A DNA stretch of 64,000 nucleotides from Phaeosaccion multiseriatum (GCA_965112735.1 OZ218965.1:1860001-1924000), one strand, 5' to 3'; counted from the first letter of the stretch, positions 38,201 to 51,495 are shown. Made by a program: numbers and translations. The notes: generated by a model from the letters alone, not told the origin.

Positions 38201-41200
38201 TGGGGGTCGAGCTTGGCGACGAACAGCAGCAGCAGTTGGTGGTACAGCAGCTCGAGAGAGCGAAGGGCAATGCCGTGCGGAATGCTGACGCTGTGCTGGA
38301 GCGCATCCTGTGCCGATGGCCCACAGATGTCGACGCTCTGCAGCTCAAGGGTGTGTTGAGGTGGAGCGACGGAGGGAGGAGGGCCGTCGGCACGACTGCT
38401 GCTCAGCCCCAGGACAAGCATCAGGCTCAGGATCAAGAGCAGGGTCGGTTAGGGGAACCCTCCTCCTCCGGTCTGTTTTATATGCGCTCCGCGGCGCTGC
38501 TGCAGCTCGACGCGGCCTTTCTGTGGCTCAACGTTGCCGAAGCCATGGGGGGGCAGGAAGGCGCCAAGGTGGGTGGATGGGTGGATGGGTGGATGGGTGG
38601 GTGGGTGGGTAGGTGAGTGGGCGGAGAATGGAATAGTTGGTGGTACAAGGGTACAGCAAGTTCAGATCCCTTGCATCTGTTTGCGTGTGCGTTGCCTGTA
38701 TCCCCCGCGGCCTCAGCCCCCACCCCTCACCCTCCACCCCTCACCTCTCCCCTCCCCCTCCCTGCACCTGCACCAGACCGCCTACCTCGCTGCGATGGAG
38801 TCGAACCCGCTGGACCCGCTGCCTGTGCTCGCTCTGACACGGCTGCTGGAGGCCCTCGGTCAGCCCGAGCGGCTCATTGGCCTCTTCAACACAGTGTGGG
38901 GCCCATCGTCGTCCTCCTCCTCCTCCTCCTCCTCCTCCTCCTCCTCCTCCTCCTCCTCCTCCTCCTCCTCCTCCTCCTCCTCCTCCTCCTCCTCTGGCGT
39001 GGTGTGGGCCAGCGGTAGTCAGTGGACAGACCGAGATCGAAGCGCTTTGTTGACCGCAGCAAGCACAGCCCTCAGCACCGTCACAAATGGCAGCAGAGGT
39101 GGACTTGGGCAAGCAGCGGCAGCCATGTGGAGGGCCGTAGAGCTGCACCCCAGCGCGCAAGGGATGTTCAACTTGGGATTGGCGTTACAGAATGTGGGCC
39201 GCTTTGACGAGTCTCTGGCCGTAATGTGGAGTGGGGTGCTGCTGGGGAGGGAGGCGGAAGCGGTGTCTAGAGAGGAGCTGCCAGCGTGGTGAGTGAGTGC
39301 TGATCAAGAGAAGGATAGAGGGAGAGAGGGAGGGAGAGAGCGAGGGGTAGAGAGAGAGACACAAGGGAGAGAAGGAGAGGGAGAGGGAAGGAGAGAGCGA
39401 GGGGTAGAGAGAGAGAGAGAGAGAGGGAGAGAGGGAGAGAAGGAGAGGGAGAGGGAGGGGTAGAGAGAGAGAGAGAGAGGGAGAGAAGGAGAGGGAGAGG
39501 GAAGGAGAGAGCGAGGGGTAGAGAGAGAGGGAGAAGGAGAGGGAGAGAGAGGTAGAGAGCGAGCGACAAAGAGACACAAGGGCCTTGCCCTCTTCCTCTC
39601 TCCGTACCGCTTTGTTCCATTCTGTAACGCTTTGTTCCATTCCGTACCGCTCCCTGCCGTGTGCCGTGAATGGGCCTGGAGGAGGAGTAAGGAGGGACGA
39701 ATGAGGAGGGAGGAGGAAGGCGGAAGGAAGGGACTGGCAGGCAGAATGGGAGAAAGTGACCCAGTCCCCCGTTTGTGTCTATCAGACTGGGAGCTCCGCC
39801 CCCTCCCACTTCGTGGCTGACCCGAGCGGGACCACCCACGTGCCCTTACACCTTTCCTTCGGTGCCCATTATGCTCCCAACCACTACTGAACTGAAGTTC
39901 AAACTGCCCCCCCCCCCCCCTCCTCCTCTTACCCTCTCCTCAGGGTGCCTCGTCCGGCGGGCCGCAGAAGCGTGGCCATATACTGTCACGAGTACGGCTC
40001 GTCTTGGTTTCCGCGCTGGGGCCCGTCCTCAGTTGGCAGGGGGCTCGGCGGCTCGCAAGAGGCCGTGGTGTTCCTGGCTCGAGAGCTCGTGCGGCTGGGC
40101 TGGTGGGTCGAGGTACGTGGGTGCGTGGGTGTGTGGGTGCGTGGGTGTGTGGTGTGTGGGTGCGTGGGTACGTGGGTGCGTGGGTGCGTGGGTACGTGGG
40201 TGCTTGTGTGTGTGTGTGTGGGTGCATTGGTAGGTGGATACGTGGGTGGGTGCGTGGGTGCGTGCGAGGGTGGGTGCATGAGTGGGTGGAGCTATGAGTC
40301 GGGAGGTCGAATCAAATGGCGGAGTGCAAGGGTTTGAGCTGAGGGGGGGGAGGCTTCGGTCTTCGGCCCACGGTGAAGCGATGGACAATCTCAGTACTGC
40401 TTGCTCTCCATGTGCACTCACTCAAGACGCCCTCTCTACCACGGGAGAGGGCCCTCCGGCAGATTCGTTTGACGCACTTAGTTACGCACGCACACGCCCA
40501 CACGCACACACACACACGCCCACACGAACGCACACACACACAGGTATACACAGACCCTCTCCCCTCGGACCAAGGGCTAGACGAGGGAGGGGTGGCCTGG
40601 TACCCTCACACCTCCTTCGACCCTGACACACCCACCGATGTGTTTGTGGCATGGCGCTTCTACGCCAGCAGTATCCTCGGCCGTTACTCGCCAAGGCGAT
40701 TCCTGTGGCTGCAAGACGTACCCGCACACCCCTACCCGGAGACCCTCTTGATCCACGTGCAGGGGCTCTTTGTGCTGAGCGGTTTCCACGCGTCTCTCTA
40801 CAGTGAGGCAGTGAGAGGGCGTGCCCTCGTCACTCCGAACGGGGTGGACCCTGCTTTCCTTGTGTCGGGGCCGAATTGGCCGGATCGCTTCATATACAGC
40901 AGCGCTCCGAACAGAGGGTTAGAGCCAGGTGAGGAAGGAAGGAAGGAAGGAAGGAAGGAAGGAGGGAGGGAGGGAGGGACAGAGGGACGGAGGGAGGGCC
41001 AGGAGGAGGCCAGAAAGCCAGGAAGGAAAATAGGTCAGTCAGTTAATTAGTCAGGCAATCAGTCAGTCAAATCAGTCAGTCACTCACGTATTCGCTCAGT
41101 CAGTGAGTCAGTGAGTTAGTCAGTCGGTTTTGAAAGGTACACAAAGATGATGGAGCTTGGAGATGGAAGGCAGGGCTCTGCATGCCGCACACATCCGCTG

Positions 41201-42706
41201 CCATCCTTCCCCTCAAGTGACTTTCAACTTCCCACTACACCCCCCACTTCTCTCTCTCCCTCTCGTGCAGTGCTCATGGTATGGCCCAGGATCAAGCAAG
41301 CGATCCCCAGCGCCACTCTGGAGGTGAGGTACTTCGCCTGATGAGCAAGCGTACTGCACTCCTCCCCTCTTCTCCTCTGCGACTCTCCCTGTGTGGCGCA
41401 CTTGCACTTCTCCTCCTCCTCTCTCTCTCTCTTCCTCATACCCGCATCCAACCCCAATGCAAGAGCCGCCCGCCCCTGTGTTGGTTCCTTCTTGCGCCTT
41501 GCCCCAGCCTCGCTTCCAATGGTCGTCAAGGAGGTCTGTCTGCATGGCCTAATAAAAGCACGCCCCCTTCCCGTTTGCTCACTGACGCAACTACGGAGTG
41601 GACCTCTCTCTTTCGCTCGCTCGCCGGCTCTTTCTGTCTTTCTTCTCCATCACTCATTTCCCTCTCTCTCTCTCCCTCTCTTTCTCCATCTCTCTCCCTT
41701 TCCATACCTGTCTCCCTCCCCATCTCTCTCTCTCTTCATGTCTCCCCTCTCGTCTCCACCCGTCCCTCTCCCTCCCTCCCCCTCCCTCTCCCCCTCCCCC
41801 CTCCACGTAGGTGTACTACGGTTTCACCAAGAGCTTTGTCGAGTGGTACAGTTCAGCCTCTACCAACTACGACGCGTGGGAGACCCACATGATGAATCTC
41901 CTGCAACAGCCGGGGGTAGTGATGAAGGGCATGGTCGATCACGAGTCGCTGGCCGCCGCCTTTGCCAGCGTGGGCTTCATCCTCTACCCGACCACCTTCC
42001 CGGAGACTGGTTGCGTCACTTTGATGAAAGGTGCGGGCAGATGTTACCGCAGCACGCTGTAGTGTATGATGCTGCCTCTGCACGGAAGGGGGGCGCGGGA
42101 GACGAGGGAGAGGATGGGAGGGGATGGGAGGGGGTTGCAGAGCGACGGGGAGGGGGAGGAGAGCTCTATTCCTGCAGATGGTGCCAGATGGTGCCTACTC
42201 TGGCTCTCCTTCATTGACATAACCCCTCAGCCCCAGCTGGTTGGTCTTGGTCCCTCTGACTCCTTCCCTGACCCCCTCTGACTCCTTCCCTGACCCCCTC
42301 TGATTCCCCCCTCCCGACAACAGCACAATGCATGGGCGCTGTCCCCATCACCAGCCGTTTCGCCGCCTCCACTCTCCCAGAGCTGACCACGGAGTTTGAC
42401 CTCGGCCCTGAGGAGGCATGGACAGGTCCCCCCGCCGAACGGCTGCTCGACGAGCGATGGCTCAGTCTGTATGCAGATACGGTCATTGATGTGGCTACGA
42501 GAGACGCGCGGGAGAGGGAAGAGGCGGCCCGGCAGGCGGGGCAGGGGGGAGGTTCTGGGGAAGGTTCTGGGGAAGGTTCTGGGGAAGGTTCTGGGGAAGG
42601 TTCTGTGCACGCCCTTAGGCAGAGGATGGTGTTGGCGTCTCGGGAGCGCTTTACGTGGGACAAGGTGGCCAGGCTATGGGACAGTCACTTTATCGACAAC
42701 AGCTGA
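29898..42706 (+). CDS. Signal peptide + TPR + GT41 (O-GlcNAc transferase-like) + TPR + GT4-type glycosyltransferase fusion, multi-exon
   Basis: GT41 motifs LRVVYWSYDIRGHP, IFVDLMGHT, NYLGYPGTMG, FTEKLVYLP, CNFNNIEKL, DIFLDTFVYGAHTTGADALWGGVP, PLFDT; GT-B/GT4 motifs GLGGSQEAVVFLAREL, FIYSSAPNRGLE, YPTTFPETGCVTLMKAQCMGAVPITS, FTWDKVARLW. Linking exons 37900-38568, 38777-39288 and 39944 onward are in phase with no stop. Confidence 0.85.
32873..34608 (+). repeat. 7-bp satellite (GGTGTCA/GGTATCA/GGTGTGA)n, ~248 units, intronic
   Basis: Direct reading; lies within the intron 32848-~34687 of the glycosyltransferase gene. Confidence 0.98.
37003..37170 (+). repeat. 10-bp minisatellite (GGCAGGGGAT)n, intronic
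   Basis: Direct reading, about 16-17 units. Confidence 0.9.
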
Positions 42707-43766
42707 TCAACGGCTGTGGGACAGTCACTTCATCGACAACAGCTGATCAACGGCTGGGCAAGGAGAAGAGGGGCTGAGTTTTGAAGGAGCGAGGACAGGC
42801 AGAAGCGACGGGGGTGACTGCCTCAAAGGAGGAAGGCCTCGTCGTTCACTTCATCACGCTCTCCTCACTCACCCGACTATCGCGATTACGCCAGCAGAGT
42901 GGCACCGTCTTCCACACCAGGGACGGGTCCAATGTCCTGACACCTTCCCCGTGAAGGGGGGTCAGGACGAAAAGAAGAGCCAGACTGGCCCAAGCCCAAG
43001 CGATGCCGTCCACAGGACAGACACGTGGATGGGGATGGGAGGCTCGGCAATGGGCTGCACGGGATGGAGCGACGCACATTGCCTGTCTCAGCCGCACGCA
43101 CCACGCCATCCCCGAGGGGTTAGAGAACCCTTTCTTTGCCCCCTCCTTTTGGCCACAACCAAGGGAGGGGAGACTCGGCTTAGTGCTTGGTGGTGCAGCA
43201 ACGTGAAATGGTGTATGGAGCGGCACGGCGAACAGGGAGCGCAAGGGAGGGCGGAGGAGAAGCCGTATAGCATAGCCGGTTGGTTGCAGGCGTCGCCAAG
43301 AGTGGGCTGGGGCAGGAGCGTATCGACAAGAGCGAGTCTGCTTGCTGAGTGAGGCCAGCAGCACATACCGTTGGCACCGAGCGAGGGAGGGAGCTTGCTC
43401 CGCTCAGTTGCTATATCATACTTCAGTACAAGAGGGTGGCAGGGCAGCTGCCTCATAGCTTGAGTATGTGTAGTTCTTGCAGTCAATGGCATTATTCTTT
43501 GGCTACGATAAATTCTAATTCATGGAAGTGTGTCATTCTCACCCTCCTCAATGGGCTGAGATGACGCGGTCGGAGCAAGTCCACCGCTCTATACATCTAT
43601 ACCCTTGCTCCTACTCGCTTGACTGCTCGACTGCTTGACTGCTCGACTGCTTGACTCGCCATACGACCCTCTCGAAGAGGAGAAAGTCCTCGTTCGATGT
43701 GGAAGGTCACAGGGGGCGAAGGGCTAGCGGGTCAGGCGGAAGGGATGTCCATGGGGGCTGGGCTGT

Positions 43767-45623
43767 TCAAGCGAAGCACGCGGCCTGCTCCTCGGGGCTC
43801 AGGGAATCGGGGCACCTGTGGGTGCGTGTGAGGAGGGGCAGGACAAGGTAGAGTGGATGTGAGCAAGGTATTCGCACGAGGTCGGTGGATGAAGGCGGGC
43901 AGGCAGGCAGAGCAAGGACAGCCACACGATTGGTTGACTCACCACACGAGGTCGTCGCTGGGGAACTCCTTCATGAAGATGTCGGCACCTTCACAGTTGT
44001 AGATGCATCCTCTGCAGTCCTGGCACAGGCCGAACATGTTGCAGTGGTCTCCAGCCCCGCCCTCTTCCGGTGAGCACGCCTCCACGTCACAGTACAACTG
44101 CTTCTGCTTGATCTCCTGGTAGGCCTCCTGCTCTGGGCTGAGGTCGAGGCACGCGTCGCAGCAAGAGTCCGGAGCGAGGGGTGCCGGAGTCACGTCGGGG
44201 GCGATCGGGGCCAGGTCAGGCGTCAGGGGTGCCTTCGGAGCCAGCGTCGGGGCACCCTCAGGAGTGGGCGACGGCGTTCGTGGGGGGGTGTTGGGGTTGA
44301 CGACCACGGGGCAGGCATTGTAGGTCGTTGCTCCAGATGTGTAGCCACATGCCCGGCAGTTCGGCTCTCCTCCGAAGCCACAGCCAAGGCCTGGGCAGCT
44401 TTCGTCCGTGAAGCAAGGGGCGGCGCTGGAGCAGAACCGCGAGCAGTACTCGCCCGCCGGAGGGGTTGGTGCCGTGACCGGGGGGGAAGTGGGCATCGGT
44501 GTGGTCATCGGGGTGGGGGTGGGAGTGACCACGGGGCAGGCATTGTAGGTCGTTGCTCCAGATGTGTAGCCACATGCTCTGCAGTTGGGCACTCCTCCGA
44601 AGCCGCAGCCAAGGCCTGGGCAGTTCTCGTCCATGAAGCAAGGGGTGGCGCTGGAGCAGAACCGCGAGCAGTACTCGCCAGCCGGAGGGGTTGGTGCCGT
44701 GACCGGGGGGGAAGTGGGCATCGGTGTGGTCATCGGGGTGGGGGTGGGAGTGACCACGGGGCAGGCATTGTAGGTCGTTGCTCCAGACGTGTAGCCACAT
44801 GCCCGGCAGTTGGGCACTCCTCCGAAGCCGCAGCCAAGGCCTGGACAGCTTTCGTCCGTGAAGCAAGGGGCGGCGCTGGAGCAGAACCGCGAGCAGTACT
44901 CCCCCGCCGTAGGGGTCGGTGCCGTCACTGGGGGGGAAGTGGGCGCGGGGGTGGGTGTACACGCACGGTATGTGACGCCCCCTGCGGTGTATCCACAGGC
45001 CCTGCAGTTAGCTACTCCTCCGAAGTTGCATCCCAACCCTGTGCGCACGCGTTTGGGCCAGAGAGCAGCAGGAAGGGGGATTGAGTTGATCCGCAGTGAT
45101 TCTGTCGGATTGCTCGTGATGGATAGCGCGATACGAGGAATCGCGGTATGAGGGCCGACTACGTACCGCCATTTGCACACGAAGCATCGAGCTCACACGG
45201 TTGAGAGCTCGAACAGCTTGCCGCACAGTAAGCTGTGTCAGAAGCAATTGGAGACTCTGCGCTAGAAAGGGCTGGGCAAAGGGGAAGGGATGTGAAGCGA
45301 CTGTGGTCTCGGTTGGTGCGCGGGGTACGGGGAAACCGATATTTTGGGAGAGAATAGCAGCAACAGTGCTCCGGAGGAGACGGAGAGAGACAGAGAGAGA
45401 CGGGGGGGGAGGTGCCGTTGGAGGATGGGAGGGAAGCAGAGAGACGTACAGAGGGGGAGAGGGACAGGGAGCGGGAAAGAGAAGGGAGAGCAAAGGACAA
45501 AGAGAGAGAGAGTTCGCGCTCCCCCGGCTCCGAACGATACCGCCACTCGCACACACCACAAGCAAGCCGCTCACCGAGAAGAGTCCCCGTGACGAGGCAG
45601 GAGAGAAGGGCCATGGTACTCAT
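43767..45623 (-). CDS. Secreted Cys-rich repeat protein with Pro/Thr linkers
   Basis: Hydrophobic N-terminus MSTMALLSCLVTGTLL; three near-identical units YCSRFCSSAAPCFTDESCPGLGCGFGGVPNCRACGYTSGATTYNACP plus a diverged first unit split by an intron; Cys-rich C-terminal domain; last exon ends CPDSLSPEEQAACFA* (stop 43769-43767). Confidence 0.8.
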
Positions 45624-47073
45624 ATGTGTGTTGGTAAGTGAGAGTCCTTTTTCCCGCCCCCCCTCGGGATGTTCGATGACATATGGAGGCGGAAACATGA
45701 GAATCCTCTGCCGAAGTAGCGCCAACGCCTGAAAAAAAACAGACGGGCGTTTCTGACGCCCCCCCCCCGTCCGACACACACAAGCCCTTCATTTCATTTA
45801 GTCGCAATCCCTGTATCTCTCTCCTGTACTCGTGTATTGTTTGGTGACCTTTTCCACTCCATCAGCAGCAATGGTGTGGCCCTTTCAAGCCGAAGTCAGT
45901 GACCAATCACAAGGCCATATCAATTAAACGGCGTACTTTCAATTAACGGTACTCTAAGAATTAGGTGGTGGTGTCCTCGGGGCGTCGCACTCTTCGCTCC
46001 CTTACACTGCCATTCAAAAGGGCGCGAAACACAGACCAAAAAAAAAATGAATTTCGGCTCCTTCGGTCCCTGACACTCGATATCGATTCGAATTATGGTG
46101 TTCGATATTCAATTGTACTTGTAAGGTCACATGAACTTAAGTCTGTCATTGTCCCTGGACCAGAAGGGAGAAATAAGCAGGGGCTCTTGGTCCCCTCCTT
46201 GGCCCCGGAGCAGTGCCAGAGAGGGGCAACGTGAACTCTCTCTCTCTCTTCTCTTAATCCCCCCGTACTGTTGACGCCGGGCCTTGCCTCGTCAGTGAGA
46301 GCTTCTCTCTCTGCAGAAGGAATCAGGTCCGTCTCACTTAAGGTATCTGGAGTCGGCACTCTGGTGACCTCCACAGCAGCCCTCCAGAGCAGCACATCCA
46401 CGGCAAAGCTTTCGTCTTCGCCGTCCGGTCTTCCTTCGCTCTTTCTCTCTTGGCGGGGGGGGGGGGGGGTAGGGAGCCACTGTCAAAGTCAAGGTCATGG
46501 CTCCCGTGTGCGGCCGTCCAGTCCCACCCTCCAGACTTCATCCCCTCGTTCCTCGCGTCTCCGATTCATGCATATGGGCATAGGCATATAATATGCATGG
46601 GCGGGTCAGTGACGCACTGAGAAGCGCACACGACACCCAACAATGGGCGTTCATTTGCGTTCTAGTTGGCGTCGTTCTGCTTCTGAAGCTGCCCGAGGTG
46701 CGTCCAACGGCCGCCCACCGTGCGGTGGTTGGCCGGCCCTCTCTGCTACCAGGGACGTCACATGCCGCTTCATGCCGCTACCGCCTGCAGCTGCTCCCTC
46801 AAGAGCCACATGGCCGCCCTTGCTGGACTCAAGCGAGCCACTCGTGGAGTTTGAACAGGAGAGCGTCCAAAGGCCAAGCTGCTAGGATCGTTCCAAATCG
46901 CTGCCTTCGTCTCCTGAGGAGGTGAATGCCCACTCCGCCACCCAACTCCTTTCAGCTCAGCTCGCAGCCTCAACAGACCCTCCATCCATTTGAGAGCGAC
47001 TTCGGCATCCCTCCCTCTCCCCGAAGGAAGCTCCGCCGTTACAAGCTTGCGAGCGTTACACATCGTTGAGAAC

Positions 47074-48616
47074 TCACGCCGGCCTCGTTCGGCGCCGAAA
47101 CAGCCTCAGCTCAAACGAGTCTCCGAATTCGTCGCTCTCCCTCGCTTCGACCTGCGCCCCTCTCTCCTCCTCGACTCCGTCCAGCGATGGCTCATCGGCA
47201 CTGCCTTTCAAGCCCGACACGACGGCCTCGTCCTCATCCCTCCGTTCCCCTCCTCCACTCCCCCCTCCTCGTTGCTCGTCCACCAGAGAGGCATCTTCAA
47301 ACCCCTCTGCCCGCAAACGGTCTAAAAACGCCCTCCCCTGGTCGCCTGCCCACCTCTTCTCATGGCAGCTGACCACGAGGGTGGTTTCGGAGCACACCGC
47401 CGAAAGCGTCTGCACCAATTCGAGCGATGCCCCGTCCGCGTCCCCGTATAAGAGGTCCGAGCAGAGCACCACGTCTGTCCGGGACACGACCGCTTCGGGA
47501 TAGGAGGGTACGTGCTTCTCTCCCCAGAGCAGGCGCATCGTGCGCGTCTTGTTCGTGAGGTCGGGGTTGAGGGCCAAGGTGGAGTCAGCTCCGTCGACGA
47601 TCATGTCGGTGAGGAGCACCTGCATTGACGTGCGTCGTTGTGTGTATGACGGACAACAAGGGTCGTTGGGGGAGGGTGTTGAGGGGGTTGACGAGACGAG
47701 ACGGGGGGCATACTTGTTGCCTTTGCTCCTTTCATCTCTTCCTTGTCTTTGTTCCCTTGAGATGGAAGGGCAGCGTCGCCCTTCCCTCTCACACTAGCAA
47801 GGCCCTACTGCATCCGCCTAAGCCGTACACACACTCCTCTGCTCACCTCCGCCGCGCCACAGTAACCCGCCGCTAAGCCCGGCAGGCCCACTCTGTCCGG
47901 GATAGGACGGACAATAAGAGTGACGCATTTTGAGGGACAAGAGAGCAGAGGGAGGCAGAGCTGAACTTAGCGCACATCACCGCTGCCAACACGCTGCTGA
48001 GACTCACTCAGGCATGGCAAAGCAAAAAGAGTATACCCTTCACACAACCTACCCGCAGCCCAGCTCAAGTACCCTCTTGCCCCTGACCAGGTGCTGCTGA
48101 GCGTCAATGTACTTGGCGAGCAGGATGGAGCAGTACCAAGCAGTTAGCTGCTGGCCGACGCCCTGCTCGTAATTGATCCTCTGAGAGTTGGCCCAGAGTC
48201 CCTGGCCACCGTCCCTCCGACTTGCGCTTTGCTGGCCCTCTCTCTCCCGCTCACGGCGCCGCTGCCCGATCCGGATGGCGCGCTGTGGACCAACAAGAAG
48301 AGAGAGCCACGTTGAGTTGGGCAGACGGACGGCAACTAATCGCTCTCAGTCTCAGTCTCCTCCATCCCTCGTACTCCCCCACCCTCCTTTCTTCTGGTGC
48401 CCTCTCTCCATCTGTACCCACCTCTCTCTTCTCCAACACCGCTTCCTCGTCCTCTCCAAACAGATCGTCGTCCACTTTCCCCAACCAGGCTTCGCTATCC
48501 GAGGCGCTGCTGCTGCTACTACCTTCGCTGCTGCTACTGCCTTCGCTGCTGCTCCTCCCACGCTCACCTCTCGCCGTCATCCTCTGCTGCTGCCCATGGT
48601 GAGCAAAAGCTCCCAT
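47074..48616 (-). CDS. METTL21/EEF1AKMT-like (Methyltransf_16) protein methyltransferase; start uncertain
   Basis: WYCSILLAKYI...VRGKRVLELGCG (motif I, ~48140-48052), VLLTD, LLWG, VVLCSDLLY. Confidence 0.85.
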
Positions 48617-48911
48617 CGAGCAGCGTGTCAAGATTTCGAGTACAGTAAGTCAGGGGAGGGGATCGGGAGGGGGGGGCAAGGCCAGGAAGGCCGACCAAGG
48701 AGCAGAGAAAGAGAGAGGAATGAAAGATGAGAGGGTATAAGTGAAGCGTGGAGGGGTGGGGATCAGCGGTGGAAGGACTTGGGGTGGGAGTGGAGGAGTG
48801 TGGAGGGACAAGGGAGGAAGGAAGGGGTGGAGAGGGGAGGCCTAAGATCTGTCGGCAAGTCTCCAGAGCCAGGAAGGCGCTGCCTCTTCTTCTTTCAGTA
48901 GCCTATTCGGG

Positions 48912-51461
48912 ATGATTTCTTTCTCAAGGAAGCGGGTGCTGGCTGCAGCGGCACGGCAGGTGCGGGGGAGCGGCAGCACCACCACAATGACCACAGCAAA
49001 ATGCACGGCTCCGATTGCCGGCACCTTCTTCAGCCGCAGCAGCAGCAGCAGTGGCCACAGCGGAGGGGTTGCGGAGCCCAGAGATAAAGCGTCAGAGACT
49101 GCGAAGCCTGTCGTGGACGATGGACTCGCATCCGCGGCTTTGGCTTTGGAGAAGACGACACAGAACGAAGGTCCACGGAGAGGTGAGAGCAAAGGCCACA
49201 GTAGAAATCAAGATGGACGGGGCCCCCCCGGGCCGAGAAAGAGAGAACGGGTGACTATCAAGGGCAGGACCCGCCAGCACGCACTGATTGCGAAGCTGAA
49301 GGAGCTGGGGCAGCAGGGCAGGGCCAAGGAGGTGTCGGTGGAGCTGGACAAGGCGCGAAAGGACCGAGTGCCCCTGACGCTGCACATCTTCAGCGCGAGC
49401 ATGGCTGCCCTGGCCAGAAGTGGTATGTACAAGGAGGCGCTGCGCCTGCTGGTCTACATGAAGGAGGAGAAGTTTACCCCAGATCGCGCCATTTACAGCT
49501 CCCTCATGGCCGCGGCTTCCCGGGCAGGACAGTACAAGCTGGCACTGAGACTCATGGCCCAGGCGAAGCGGGACTACTCCATCACGCCGGACGCCATCAT
49601 GTACGGCACGGCTATCTCCGCCTGCGCTAAAGCAGACGACCCCTATAAGGCCATGGAGCTGCTCGGGGAAATGCGAGAGAAGGGCGTGGAGGCCAATGCC
49701 ATTGCCTACTGCGCCGCGATTGACGCGTGCGCGAGACAGGGACACGCGGGGTCGGCGCAGCGTGTGCTGGCCATGATGAAGGAGGATGGAGTCGCCCCCA
49801 CCGTGGTGGCTTTCGCAGGCATCATCAGGGCCTACGCCAAGAACAAGGGGCGCTACACGGAGGCTCTCGCACTGCTGAAGAACATGGAGGAAGAGCACGG
49901 GGTGGAGCCAAACGTGTATTGCTACGGGGCCGCCGTCACCTCCCTCGCTCGCTCTATCAAGAAGCGGCCGGCGCCCTCCCCTCTGGCGTCCCCTCCCCCC
50001 CCTCCTCCGCCACCGCCGCCGCCACCGTTGTCAGGTGATGATGGTGCAGAGGCGGTTATGGAGATGGCCGCGAGCAGCCCTGCCTCAGCCGAGGAGATGG
50101 CCTCCCCGCCGCGGGGAGAGGGTGCGAGGGCCGAGGAAGCGCAGGAGGGGAAGCCGTTGGCCCGGTTCGTGGGCGGTGTGAGGGGCTGGTTCGGGTCCTT
50201 TGGCTGGCCAGGCAGTTCGAAGGAAGAAGCAGCAGCAACTACAGCAGCGTCGGGGGGAGAGCAAGGCCACTGGGAAGGCGGCAGCAGCAGCAGTAGCGCG
50301 AGCGGCGAGACACAAGCAGCAGCAGCAGCAGCAGCAGCAGCCGCCGGCGAGGACCGTGTGTGTGAGGGTAGACAAGGCGAGACTGAGGGGCAGAGCGCAA
50401 GCGGCGGTGGTGGGGGTGGGGGGGCATGGGCGGGTGAGGGCAACACTGCTGCCCGGGGGGACGGTGCACAGGAAGGCAGCATCAGCGCAGCAGCAACAGC
50501 AGAAGTTGATGAAACAGCAGCAGCAGCAGCAGCAGCAGCAGTAGCCGAGGCAGACGCGGCGGAGGAGTTGCTTGGAACGAAGGTGGACACCACATTCTCC
50601 CTCCTGCGGGAAATGAAGGAGAAGGGCGTCCCCTGCAGCGCGCCCGTGTACAACGCCGCGCTGGACGTGTGCATTCGAGCGGGCAAGAGCAAGGCGGCCA
50701 TGAGCATTTTCTTCAGAATGGTCCGGGAAGGGTTCGCTCCCCACCCGGCCCAGGCCCTCTTGCTGAGTGCAGGCATGTGTGTCGATGATATCCCCTCCAA
50801 GAGAGAGGAGCTCACCGCGGCCCTGTTTGTGGCGGCTGCAGCCAAGGACTCCAAGCTCGCGCTGGACATTGTCAAGAGGATGGAGGAGGAGGAGGACCTG
50901 CCTCTCGATTTTGAGGCCTACATGGGTGCCGTGGACGGCTTTGGCTCGAGAGAGAGACCCGGTGGGGGTCGAAACGGGGGTGGCGAGAAGGGTGGTGGAA
51001 AGAGCAGCAGGAAGAGTGAGGGAAGCAGCACAAGTAGCAGTACTAGTAGTGGCGAGGAAGGGGCGGCAGCGGCTGCGGACGTGCTGTTCGCCCAGGGCGT
51101 GTCCAAGGGCGTGATTCACTACTGGGACAAGGGCAAGGTGGGGCGCGTGATGGATGTGAGAGGTATGCCACCCAACCTCTGCCTCGCCGCCATGAGGCAT
51201 GCCAAGAAGGTGAGGGGGAAAGGGTGGCTGGAGGCGTATGGAACGGGGGCGTGGCGGGAGGAAACGACGTGCCAGAGGGCGCTGGAAGTTTCTCTCCCCT
51301 CTATCTTCGTCTCACTTTTTTCATCCCTTCTCACTTTCTTTCTCACCGGTTTCTGCCCTCTCTTTCTCATTCTCTCCCTCCCTCCGTCCCGCTTTGTTAT
51401 CCCCCCTTTCTCCCCCCGTCTCTTTCCCCCCATCTTCTGTCTCTCTCTCTGTGTCACTCTC

Positions 51462-51495
<34 letters not shown>

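Noticed and set aside
46593-46925. Short plus-strand hydrophobic ORF (AFICVLVGVVLLLKLPE)
   Set aside because: No supportable continuation or homology.
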